This document shows positions 55,358-63,399 of a stretch of DNA of 64,000 nucleotides, piece by piece (position 1 is the first letter of the stretch; each line of letters starts with the position of its first letter). The DNA comes from an uncultured Candidatus Cloacimonadota bacterium (GTDB lineage Bacteria; Cloacimonadota; Cloacimonadia; Cloacimonadales; Cloacimonadaceae). Position numbers and translations under genes: made by a program. The stretch is from contig CAZVXH010000002.1 in assembly GCA_964631015.1 (NCBI GenBank), positions 36-64,035 of the forward strand, written 5' to 3'. Under the pieces are notes generated by a model that was not told where the DNA came from, searched no databases, and was given only the letters and a program-made list of their open reading frames with translations.

Positions 55358-55386
55358 TTGACATATGTTCCTCTCCCCACAATATA
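55358..55386 (+). promoter_or_regulatory. candidate sigma-70-like promoter TTGACA-17-AATATA for 55470-56975
   Basis: Exact TTGACA immediately after the terminator T-tract, about 85 nt upstream of the ATG. Confidence 0.45.
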
Positions 55387-55469
55387 TGCTCACGATTCAT
55401 GGTTCCGCGCCCGGAAAGGATTCAAGGCGATCCGTCCGAAAGCGGAATAGTAAATTTGAGGAGACAGGT

Positions 55470-56975
55470 ATGAAAAGCTTGCCGCTGCTGTTTGTGCTGT
55501 TGGTGATTTCCACGGGTGTTTGGGCAGAGGTTTATCAGATCGGAACGGGGACCACACCCTCCAATCAGGCCCCGGTCAATGGCAATGCCAATTTTAGCTG
55601 GAGCAAAATGATCTGTCCCCGGACAGATATCAGCAACGCCGGACTGGGCACCACGTCGGAGATCATTGGGATCGGCTTTTCCCTGAACAATCTGATGTCG
55701 GACTACTCTTTCACTAACCAGCACATCTACATGCGCCATACTGACCTTTCATCTTACAGCAACCTCAGTCTGGACCTCACCGGCGCCATTGAGGTTTACG
55801 CTGGCATCGTCACATTTCAGGATACCGGATGGCAACAGGTCTCATTCAGCCAGGTTTTTGCGTGGGATGGAGTAAGGAACATCGAGCTTATCTGGACAAA
55901 CCAGCATGGAACAAGCAGAACAGTATCCCCTCAGTTCCTCCATTCTGGGACCTCGGCCAGTACCTTGGTTTACAAGAGCGGAAGTGCTTTTCCCACTGGC
56001 CCGGGAACGGCTGCAACACGCTTGCCGAATCTGCAACTGATCACGCCAATGCCACCCTTGCCAGCGCTGGCTGTGTATCCGCAGGACGGGAGTTATGCTT
56101 TGCCGGGGTCGCGGTTGATCTGGAAAAGCGGAGGTGGCTGTCCGACCTCGTATGACGTGTATTTTGGCACGGTCGATCCACCGCCTTTGGTGAGCGACGG
56201 CCAAACAAGCGCTTGGTATCAGCCGGCGCTGGCAGCGGGCGGCAGCTATTTTTGGAAGATCGTTCCCTCCAATCTCGGCGGCAGTCCCGCGAGCGTGCCG
56301 CTGTGGAGTTTCCGGGTGCCAGAGGAAGGCCAGTTGGCCGAGAGTTTTGAGACCTGGCTGCCGGCAGATTGGGCGAATCCGGGGGGGTGGAACAGCTACT
56401 CCAGCTATCCCTACCACGGCAGCTACTGCGCCTATGCTTCGGCGGATACGTACGGGAAATTGCTGTCAACGCCCAGGCTTTACGTGAGTGCCGGTTCCAG
56501 CCTGGAGTTTCAGGCCCGGAGTTCAAGCACAGCCGGCAACGCCCGGATGCGGATCAAATATTCTGGCGATGGCAGCAACTGGTCAGTGTTGGAGCCTGCG
56601 TTGAGCGTTACTTCAACCGTTTCCTGGCAGCGCTTTCAGGTAGATCTGAGTTCACTGGCGGGGCAGAGCGTGTACTTGGGTATCGAGGCCTTCAATGCAG
56701 ATGCCTCCGGTACTGTGGGTATCTACCTGGACCAAGTTGTAGGTCCGCGTCCGGCCGGTTTGTATCCGCCGCCGGAGCTCAGCATCAGTCGCCAGGGCAA
56801 TAATTTCAGTCTGGTCTGGACACCGCGGGTCGGGGCCACAGGCTACCGGGTGTATGCCGCGCAGGGTCTGGATTCCTTTACTGAAACGCCGCTGGCTGTT
56901 CTGGGCGCCGGAGTGACGAGTTACTCCGTGCCGGCCGGAGCGGGGAAATTCTTTCGGGTAACGGCGCTGTATTAG
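55470..56975 (+). CDS. secreted non-catalytic paralogue (501 aa): unknown module + Ig/FN3-like + MAM/jelly-roll-like + FN3-like tail
   Basis: GAGGAG RBS. Signal peptide 'MKSLPLLFVLLVISTGVWA'. The module ends 'TRLPNLQLI'. The tail reads 'WTPRVGATGYRVYAAQG...KFFRVTALY'. Confidence 0.8.
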   Translation: MKSLPLLFVLLVISTGVWAEVYQIGTGTTPSNQAPVNGNANFSWSKMICPRTDISNAGLGTTSEIIGIGFSLNNLMSDYSFTNQHIYMRHTDLSSYSNLSLDLTGAIEVYAGIVTFQDTGWQQVSFSQVFAWDGVRNIELIWTNQHGTSRTVSPQFLHSGTSASTLVYKSGSAFPTGPGTAATRLPNLQLITPMPPLPALAVYPQDGSYALPGSRLIWKSGGGCPTSYDVYFGTVDPPPLVSDGQTSAWYQPALAAGGSYFWKIVPSNLGGSPASVPLWSFRVPEEGQLAESFETWLPADWANPGGWNSYSSYPYHGSYCAYASADTYGKLLSTPRLYVSAGSSLEFQARSSSTAGNARMRIKYSGDGSNWSVLEPALSVTSTVSWQRFQVDLSSLAGQSVYLGIEAFNADASGTVGIYLDQVVGPRPAGLYPPPELSISRQGNNFSLVWTPRVGATGYRVYAAQGLDSFTETPLAVLGAGVTSYSVPAGAGKFFRVTALY

Positions 56976-57105
56976 GTTCCGGAAAAAGAGAAACAGGAGA
57001 TCAAGAGCAGGAAAGCCAAGGCTGGGGTACTGGCGTATTGCCGTTACCGGCAGGACGTAAAAGGGGCTTGGACGGCTCGATGAAGTTGGCAAAGTTGAGA
57101 ACTGT

Positions 57106-57180
57106 CATTCCGGGGTAGGGGCCCCGAAATCCAGCCATTCCGAGTAATTCCCTCAGAGGGTGTCGATCCAGACGCAGCCT
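57106..57180. repeat. ATTCCGGGG hairpin-repeat family, long copy
   Basis: CATTCCGGGGTAGGGGCCCCGAAATCCAGCC...AGAGGGTGTCGATCCAGAC is collinear with 4272-4355. Confidence 0.7.
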
Positions 57181-57432
57181 GGAGCGCCCCCGCCTTGACC
57201 CAAGATTGGGATTGGCTATTCCCGCAAGGTCTGGATTCGATCACCCCACCGGCCAACAAGTTGTCCGGCGAGGACCCCGACGGGGCTCCTGTCGCTGGCG
57301 CGACTTCCCCGGAATGACGGAGGTTCTGGGAGGGGTGACGTGGTGGCGGGGTGGTGACAGGCGTAGCGCAGCATGCCAATGCCGCGTACCGGCATCCCAT
57401 GATTGGTATCATGCGCCACGTGGTACTAATAT

Positions 57433-57720
57433 GGCTGGATTCCAGCCTGCGAGGCTGTGTGAAAAGCAAGAGAAAATTCCGTAAAAGTCCCGTAGGGACG
57501 GAATTTCAGATAGCACCCAAGTCCGAAAAATGCCCCCGGAGTCCCGTAGGGACGGCATATTGTAATCTGATATTCATATAAACCACAATGATATACGTAT
57601 CATATATGTCGTCCCCAAGGGACTCACGTAAAACATCATGAAACCAACGTGTCTATCTAAAATAGCGTCCCTCCGGGACTTTGAAAAGAGTTTTCACACA
57701 GCCTCCTGCGCTGGAATGAC
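57433..57720. repeat. ~290-bp composite palindrome with ~30-bp terminal inverted repeats and four GTCCC-N3-GGGAC hairpins around an AT-rich centre
   Basis: TIR cores GGCTGTGTGAAAA (57453-57465) and TTTTCACACAGCC (57691-57703). Hairpins at 57487-57499, 57541-57553, 57611-57623 and 57667-57679. All pairs are symmetric about position ~57580. Confidence 0.75.
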
Positions 57721-57879
57721 TGGCTCTCAGGTTTGCCCACCATAATTGAACTTGAGCCTTACTGAACCGGTTCCGCCCCAAGCCGCCGCTCCTGAACTTT
57801 TCCTGAGCCTCACAGCGACTTCCCCCCCCAACAGGCGGGGACATTGAGGGAGGCAGGCGCGGGGCGCGGGGGAGAGGGT

Positions 57880-58662
57880 TTAGGGCCGGTTCGGCGCGAG
57901 GAGAGGGATCACGGCCTGGTCGAAGACCCTGCCGCGGAGGTCGTGGGCGCTGAGCAGGAGGCTGTGGCCCTGGCGTTCGAGGAGCAGGTAGTGGTATTTG
58001 GGCTGGAAGAACTGGCTGCGGGGGTCGTGGCGTTTGAGGCTGGGGCGTTTGTAGCCACCGCCGCCGCCGGAGACGAGGTAGGTGGTGTCGCCGTGGCTGA
58101 GGCGCTCATAGTGGTGGTCGTGGCTGGAGAGCACGGCGCTCACGCGGTGTTTGGCGGCCAGGGCGGGGAGGAACAGCTGGAGATCGGGATCGCCGCCGTG
58201 CCAGCCGCTGCTGAAGGGGGGATGGTGAAGCACGAGGAGGCGGGGGAGAGGGGAGTTCAGCTGTTCGAGCAGCCAGGCGTACTGAGGCGAGCCGGGGAGC
58301 AGGCTGAGGTTGGAATCCAGGCAGATGATGAGCAGGCTGTCGTGAACCACGCTGTACCAGGAGTTGGTCCTGCCGAGCTTGGCGCAGAAGAGTTCGGGGG
58401 GTCCGTCGTGGTTGCCTCTGGCGGCGAGGAGGGGGATGCCGGCGAGGGGGGCGCTGAGTTCAAAATAGCGGTCGTAGGCGGCCTGATCGCCCGCGTGGCT
58501 GAGGTCGCCGGTGTGGATGACGAGGTCTGGAGCGTGGGCGGCCAGGGCGGTGGCGAGGGCTGTTTGAACTCTGGGATGGGCCTGGGTGTCGCCCCAGACG
58601 CCGATGACGGCGCCCGCGGGGAGGGCCAGCAGGGCCAGCAAGAGGAGGAGGAAGGCTCTCAT
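57880..58662 (-). CDS. secreted calcineurin-like metallophosphoesterase
   Basis: Signal peptide. Motifs 'VIHTGDLSHAGD', 'ARGNHD', 'VLHHPPFSSG' and 'LSSHDHHYER'. ATGA overlap with the upstream gene. Confidence 0.85.
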   Translation of the reverse strand: MRAFLLLLLALLALPAGAVIGVWGDTQAHPRVQTALATALAAHAPDLVIHTGDLSHAGDQAAYDRYFELSAPLAGIPLLAARGNHDGPPELFCAKLGRTNSWYSVVHDSLLIICLDSNLSLLPGSPQYAWLLEQLNSPLPRLLVLHHPPFSSGWHGGDPDLQLFLPALAAKHRVSAVLSSHDHHYERLSHGDTTYLVSGGGGGYKRPSLKRHDPRSQFFQPKYHYLLLERQGHSLLLSAHDLRGRVFDQAVIPLLAPNRP

Positions 58663-59306
58663 CCGAGGGAGCGGTAGTGGTCGCGGAAGCTCTGCAGATC
58701 CTCCCAGGCGGGCCGTTTCCAGTGGGGATTGCGGAGCAGGGCGGCGGGGTGGTAGGTAACATGGCAGGGGAGGCCCTGGAAAGTGTGAACCTCGCCGCGG
58801 AGTTTTTCGAGGGTGAGCTTGCTTTGGAGCAGGGTTTGGGCAGCCACGCGGCCCAGCAGGAGGATGATCCGCGGCTGGATGAGCTCGATCTGTTCAAGCA
58901 GCAGGGGCAGGCAGGCGGCGCGTTCGGCGGGCTCGGGATCGCGGTTCGCGGGGGGGCGGCATTTGAGGATGTTGCAGATATAGATGTCTTCGCGGCTGAG
59001 CTCGATGGCCCGGAGCATGTTGTCCAGCAGCTTGCCCGCTTCGCCCACGAAGGGACGGCCGCCGCGGTCTTCCTCGGCTCCGGGGGCTTCGCCGATCAGC
59101 AGGGCGCGGGCGTGGGGGTTGCCCTCGCCATAGACAAATTTGTTGCGGGTGGCGCCCAGGGGGCAGTTCTGGCAATGGGAGCGGCTTTGGCCCACGCTCT
59201 GCAGGCTGCTTTCACCCTCCGGGACAGCGGCCGGGGCGGGGCGGTAGAGCTCGGTCACGCCGAGGTTGCGCAGCAGTTCCAGGTGTTGCAGCAGGGCGCG
59301 GGACAT
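58659..59306 (-). CDS. family-4 uracil-DNA glycosylase
   Basis: 'CQNCPLGATRNKFVYGEGNPHARALLIGEAPGAEEDRGGRPFVGEAGKLLDNML' and 'VTYHPAALLRNP'. Confidence 0.9.
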   Translation of the reverse strand: MSRALLQHLELLRNLGVTELYRPAPAAVPEGESSLQSVGQSRSHCQNCPLGATRNKFVYGEGNPHARALLIGEAPGAEEDRGGRPFVGEAGKLLDNMLRAIELSREDIYICNILKCRPPANRDPEPAERAACLPLLLEQIELIQPRIILLLGRVAAQTLLQSKLTLEKLRGEVHTFQGLPCHVTYHPAALLRNPHWKRPAWEDLQSFRDHYRSLG

Positions 59307-59314
59307 GGGGCGGT

Positions 59315-59707
59315 TTATTCTTCTTCCTCGTCGTCCTGTTCGTCGCCGAAGCTGAATTCGTCGTCGTCTTCTTCGTCGGAATAGCGGTCGAGGTTGTCGT
59401 GGATCAGTTCTTCGATGTGTTCAGTGGAATCGTCGAAGGTCTCTTCCCCGGGCTCCGCGTCGGCGTCGGCAAAGGGGGAGGCCATCTGGGCCATCGCCTC
59501 GTTCGCCTCTTCGATCTCGGCAAAGTAATCCGGCACCTCGTTTGAGGCCACGTGGTCCATGGAGAGCACGGAGATCTTTTCCGGAAAGCGCTGGCGGACA
59601 TAGACGGGAAGCTGGGTGAGCCTCTGGGATTCCAGTTTGGCCAGGAGGCAGAAGAGGAAGTTGACGTCGGTTTTTTCGAGGAAGGTTTCGATTTTTTTAT
59701 CGATCAT
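59315..59707 (-). CDS. putative RNA polymerase omega subunit with a long acidic C-terminal tail (130 aa)
   Basis: Sits immediately downstream of gmk (ATGA overlap), the conserved gmk-rpoZ synteny. The N-terminal half is helical ('NFLFCLLAKLESQRLTQL'). The tail ends 'DEEDDDEFSFGDEQDDEEEE'. The sequence match to rpoZ is weak. Confidence 0.45.
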   Translation of the reverse strand: MIDKKIETFLEKTDVNFLFCLLAKLESQRLTQLPVYVRQRFPEKISVLSMDHVASNEVPDYFAEIEEANEAMAQMASPFADADAEPGEETFDDSTEHIEELIHDNLDRYSDEEDDDEFSFGDEQDDEEEE

Positions 59708-60330
59708 GAGGTTGCTCCTTGGGCAAGGAAGCCGGTGATGGGCTCCCGGTAGCGGCTGACGCTGTTTTCTTCGGCGCGGATGATGGCGATAACGTCGGCG
59801 ACGGCGGCGGAGAGAAGGTCGTTGACCACCAGATAATCATAGGCGGGGATGTATTCCAGCTCCTGGCGGGCGATGGTGAGGCGTTTGGCGATTTCGGCGG
59901 GGGAATCGGTGGCGCGGTCGATGAGGCGCTGGCGCAAAACCTCCATTGAGGGGGGCACGATGAAGATCTTCACGTAGGGGATGGAGGTGGCGCTGATCTG
60001 GGCGGCGCCCTGGACGTCGATGTCCATGATCACGTGGCGTCCGGCGGCGAGGCGGCTCTGGATGAAGCTGATGGAGGTTCCGTACCAGCGTCCGAACACT
60101 TGGGCGGTCTCCAGAAAATCACCCTCCGCCTGGCGGGCCAGAAAGCTTTCCTCATCCACGAAATGGTAGTGCGTGCCGTTCTCTTCCTGTCCCCGGGGCT
60201 GCCGGGTGGTGTAGGATACGGAGTAGTCGATGCCTTGGGTGGCGCGTACCACTTCGTTCAGAATGGTGCTCTTGCCTCCGCCGGAGGGGGCGGAGAGGAT
60301 GATGAGGAAGTTTTTGTCTTTGGTGATCAC
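59704..60330 (-). CDS. gmk: guanylate kinase
   Basis: P-loop 'LSAPSGGGKST' and 'SYTTRQPRGQEENGTHYHFV'. Confidence 0.95.
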   Translation of the reverse strand: MITKDKNFLIILSAPSGGGKSTILNEVVRATQGIDYSVSYTTRQPRGQEENGTHYHFVDEESFLARQAEGDFLETAQVFGRWYGTSISFIQSRLAAGRHVIMDIDVQGAAQISATSIPYVKIFIVPPSMEVLRQRLIDRATDSPAEIAKRLTIARQELEYIPAYDYLVVNDLLSAAVADVIAIIRAEENSVSRYREPITGFLAQGATS

Positions 60331-60344
60331 GGTTGGCCGGGGGT

Positions 60345-60725
60345 TCAGCCCTCTATGAGTTGGGAATATTCGATGGCGGTGAGGAGGTTGGAAAGTTCTT
60401 CCTCGTTGTTGAGGCGCACGCGGTAGAGCCAGCCTTCTTCAAAGGGCGAGCGGTTGATGATTTCGGGGCTGTCCTCGACCTCCTGGTTCTTGTCGTCCAC
60501 CAGGCCGCTGACAGGGCTGATGAGGTCTTCGGCGGATTTCACGGCCTCGATGGTGCCGCAGGGTTCGCCCGCGGAAACTTTCGCTCCGGCTTCGGGCAGC
60601 TCCAGAAACACTATCTCACCCAGTTCGTGCTGGGCAAAATCGGTGATGCCGATGGTGGCAACGCCGTCCTTGACGCTCACCCATTCGTGGCTTTCGGTGT
60701 AGTATAAATCGTCGGGTACAAGCAT
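60345..60725 (-). CDS. gcvH: glycine cleavage system protein H
   Basis: 126 aa. 'YYTESHEWV' and the lipoyl-Lys context 'GTIEAVKSAEDLISPVSG'. AGGAGG RBS. The annotated 475-aa ORF upstream of this Met is an artefact. Confidence 0.95.
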   Translation of the reverse strand: MLVPDDLYYTESHEWVSVKDGVATIGITDFAQHELGEIVFLELPEAGAKVSAGEPCGTIEAVKSAEDLISPVSGLVDDKNQEVEDSPEIINRSPFEEGWLYRVRLNNEEELSNLLTAIEYSQLIEG

Positions 60726-60959
60726 GGTATCCTCCTGTGATGGTGCTTTTTTAGCTATATCAGGCCAAATCCCCACAAGGGGTTTTTGTGTCAAGGACAA
60801 GTTTGGTGGCGGTGGCCGCAGTTCCCCTGGGGAAGAGGGTTGGGGGCGGGTCCACTTTTTTCGGGGCGGAACTTCCCCGCTTCCGCGGATTTTCCGCTTG
60901 ACCAAAAGGGGCGGCGGCGTTCGGATGGGGAAAATGACCATTCCGAAAAGGAAACGCAG

Positions 60960-61817
60960 ATGACGCATGCAGCCAGCAAAAGGATCCTGGCGGTCCACGA
61001 CCTCTCCAGCTTCGGCAACACCTCGCTGATGGCCTTCATCCCGCTCATGTATCGGCTGGGGATCAGGGTTTGCGCCCTGCCCACGGCCATCCTTTCCGCC
61101 AACACCGACTATCCGCGGCCGCGCTGGCTGGACCTGAGCGGGCAACTGGAGCCCTTCGCGGAGCACTGGGAGGAACTGGGGCTGCGGTTCGACGCCATCA
61201 GCACCGGGTTTCTGGCTTCGGCGGAGCAGGCGGAGCTGGTGGGCCGGATCATCGGCAGGCTGCGTGATGCCGACACGCTGGTGGCGGTGGATCCCGTGAT
61301 GGGTGACCAAGGCCGGCTCTACTCCTGTTTCGGCGGGTCCATCGTGGCGGCCATGCGCCAGCTGATCTCCGCGGCGCGGATCATCACCCCCAATTTCACC
61401 GAAGCGGCGCTGCTGGCCGGGGCCGATCCCACCGCCGGGGCGAATCCCGCTGAGGTTTTGGCCTGGTGCCGGGCCATCGCGGTCACGGGACCGCGCCAGA
61501 TCGTGGTGACCTCCGTTCCCACCGCGGATCCCAACCGCCTGGAAGTGCTGCATTACGACGCGCTCGCGGACAGCCTCAGCCGCCATCCCTTCGCCGTGAG
61601 TGCCGGCCCCCATCCCGGGGCGGGCGACTGTTTTTCCGCGCTGCTGCTGGCCGGAAGGGTGAACGGGCATTCGCTGCCGGCTTCCGTGCGGGCGGCGGTG
61701 GAGATCATGAGCCGGGCCATCCTGGAAGTTCCCCCGGGCGCGGACTGGAGGGAGGGCATAGCGGTGGAACACCTCATGGATTGGGATTTGCGGGGCTTTT
61801 TCCGGGAGGACAGGTGA
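60960..61817 (+). CDS. pdxK: pyridoxal/pyridoxamine kinase (PdxK/PdxY family)
   Basis: 'ILAVHDLSSFGNTSLMAFIPLMYRLGIRVCALPTAILS' and the ribokinase-fold 'GAGDCFSALLLA'. AAGGA RBS before the internal ATG. Confidence 0.8.
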   Translation: MTHAASKRILAVHDLSSFGNTSLMAFIPLMYRLGIRVCALPTAILSANTDYPRPRWLDLSGQLEPFAEHWEELGLRFDAISTGFLASAEQAELVGRIIGRLRDADTLVAVDPVMGDQGRLYSCFGGSIVAAMRQLISAARIITPNFTEAALLAGADPTAGANPAEVLAWCRAIAVTGPRQIVVTSVPTADPNRLEVLHYDALADSLSRHPFAVSAGPHPGAGDCFSALLLAGRVNGHSLPASVRAAVEIMSRAILEVPPGADWREGIAVEHLMDWDLRGFFREDR

Positions 61818-62143
61818 AAACCATCATTCTGCTCTTTATCTCCAACATCTTTATGACCTTCGCCTGGTATGGACACCTCAAACATAAGAATGTTCCCCTC
61901 TTCACCGTGATCCTGATCTCCTGGGGCATCGCTTTTTTCGAGTATTGCTTCCAGGTGCCGGCCAACCGCATGGGGCACGGGATCTTCAGCGCCTACCAGC
62001 TGAAAACCATCCAGGAAGTGATCACGCTGGTGGTCTTCAGCGTCTTTTCCGTACTCTACCTCAAGGAGGAATTCCGCTGGAACTATCTGGTGGGCTTTCT
62101 CTTCCTGATCGGGGCGGTGTTTTTTATCTTCAAGAAGTGGTGA
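61814..62143 (+). CDS. small DMT-superfamily (DUF486-like) membrane protein, 109 aa
   Basis: GTG start overlapping the pdxK stop, preceded by GGGAGGA. Four TM helices. 'FMTFAWYGHLKH' is typical of DUF486. Confidence 0.7.
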   Translation: MKTIILLFISNIFMTFAWYGHLKHKNVPLFTVILISWGIAFFEYCFQVPANRMGHGIFSAYQLKTIQEVITLVVFSVFSVLYLKEEFRWNYLVGFLFLIGAVFFIFKKW

Positions 62144-62146
62144 ACC

Positions 62147-63235
62147 TCAGCGCAGGCTCCGGTAGATCTCGCGCACCGCGGCGGCATCGACCTCGAGGGG
62201 GTTGTTCGCCATGTTGCGGCTGGCCAAAACCTCTTTCACGCTTTTCTCGATAAAGGCGTCCGAGAGCTCCAGCTTCACGCTGAAGGGCAGCCCGGCCAGC
62301 CAGTCCTCGAAACCTGAGCGGCTGAGGCCCACCGCGGCGAAGAGGGCGTCCAGTTCTTCTGGCAGCGTGGGATAATAGAGGTTCAGCACCTGGCGCATCA
62401 CCACGGCGTTGCTGAGTCCGTGCGGCAGGCCGAAAGCGGTGGTGAGCGGATAACCGAGCGAATGCTGCAGGGTGGTGCTGGTCTGGGCGATGGTCATGCC
62501 TCCATAGAGCGAGGCCCGCATCAGTTCCGTTCTCCCGGTAAGGTCGTCAGGCTGGTCCAAAGCGGGTCGCAGATGGCTCAGGATGGCCTTGGCGCCGCTG
62601 TGGATGAGGGGGTAAAGCAGGGGGTCGCGCTGGTTCGACCAGACGCCTTCCAGCAGGTGAGAAAGGGCGTCCAGAGCTGTGTTGAGGGTGATGGAGGGAT
62701 CCAAACTGAGCGTGTAGCGGGGATCGCAGACGGCCAGGCGGGGAAAGGCCAGGTCGTGTCCGAAGCCTGCTTTGATGCCGGTGGCGGGGTCGGTGAGCAC
62801 GGAGTAGGGGGTAACTTCTGTCCCGGTGCCGGAAGTGGTGGGAATGGCGGCCACGGGCAGGGCGGACTTGAATTTCTCCGTTTGATAGAGCTCGTCGCGG
62901 CTCAGAGCGTTGGCCGCGGCCAGGGCGATGGCTTTCGCGGCGTCGATGGGGCTGCCGCCGCCGATGCCGATCAGGAAGTCGCAGCCGCTCTCCTTGAGGG
63001 TTTTGGCTCCGGCCAGCACGGTGTCCAGGCTGGGATTTTCCTCCACCTGGTCAAAGAGAACCCAAGCCAGGTCAGCCCGGTCCAAAACCACCGTGAGTTC
63101 GTCCAAAGCGCCGCTGATCCTGGCACTGGAACGCCCCGCCACGATCAGGGGCTGGCTGCCCAAACTCAGGATCTGGTCCGCCGCCTTCAGCAACGCGCCC
63201 GATCCGAAAAACACCCGGGTGGGAAGATAGATCAT
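62147..63235 (-). CDS. iron-containing (group III) alcohol dehydrogenase
   Basis: 'IGIGGGSPIDAAKAIA' and 'ALSHLLEG'. 362 aa. Confidence 0.9.
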   Translation of the reverse strand: MIYLPTRVFFGSGALLKAADQILSLGSQPLIVAGRSSARISGALDELTVVLDRADLAWVLFDQVEENPSLDTVLAGAKTLKESGCDFLIGIGGGSPIDAAKAIALAAANALSRDELYQTEKFKSALPVAAIPTTSGTGTEVTPYSVLTDPATGIKAGFGHDLAFPRLAVCDPRYTLSLDPSITLNTALDALSHLLEGVWSNQRDPLLYPLIHSGAKAILSHLRPALDQPDDLTGRTELMRASLYGGMTIAQTSTTLQHSLGYPLTTAFGLPHGLSNAVVMRQVLNLYYPTLPEELDALFAAVGLSRSGFEDWLAGLPFSVKLELSDAFIEKSVKEVLASRNMANNPLEVDAAAVREIYRSLR

Positions 63236-63309
63236 GTGTACCTCGCTGAGACCAGTATTTATCTTTTATGGCTGTATTGTCAAGGAAATTCTTGCCTCTG
63301 TCTCTGCTG

Positions 63310-63365
63310 AAAAAAGAGGCCCGGTCCCACCGCCGTTGTGGAAGTTCATGCCAGCGGGGCCGGGC
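63310..63365 (-). terminator. possible intrinsic terminator of the 63400-64000 gene
   Basis: Minus strand: GCCCGGCCCC...GGGACCGGGC (long loop) followed by CTCTTTTTT. Confidence 0.35.
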
Positions 63366-63399
63366 GCCGAATAGGGACGATCAGATCAGACAGTAACGA

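Noticed and set aside
60726-61772. Upstream 350 aa of the 475-aa minus-strand ORF 60345-61772
   Set aside because: Only the last 126 aa (60345-60725) form GcvH, which has its own AGGAGG RBS. The remainder is an Arg/Gly/Pro-rich antisense reading of the pdxK-like gene.
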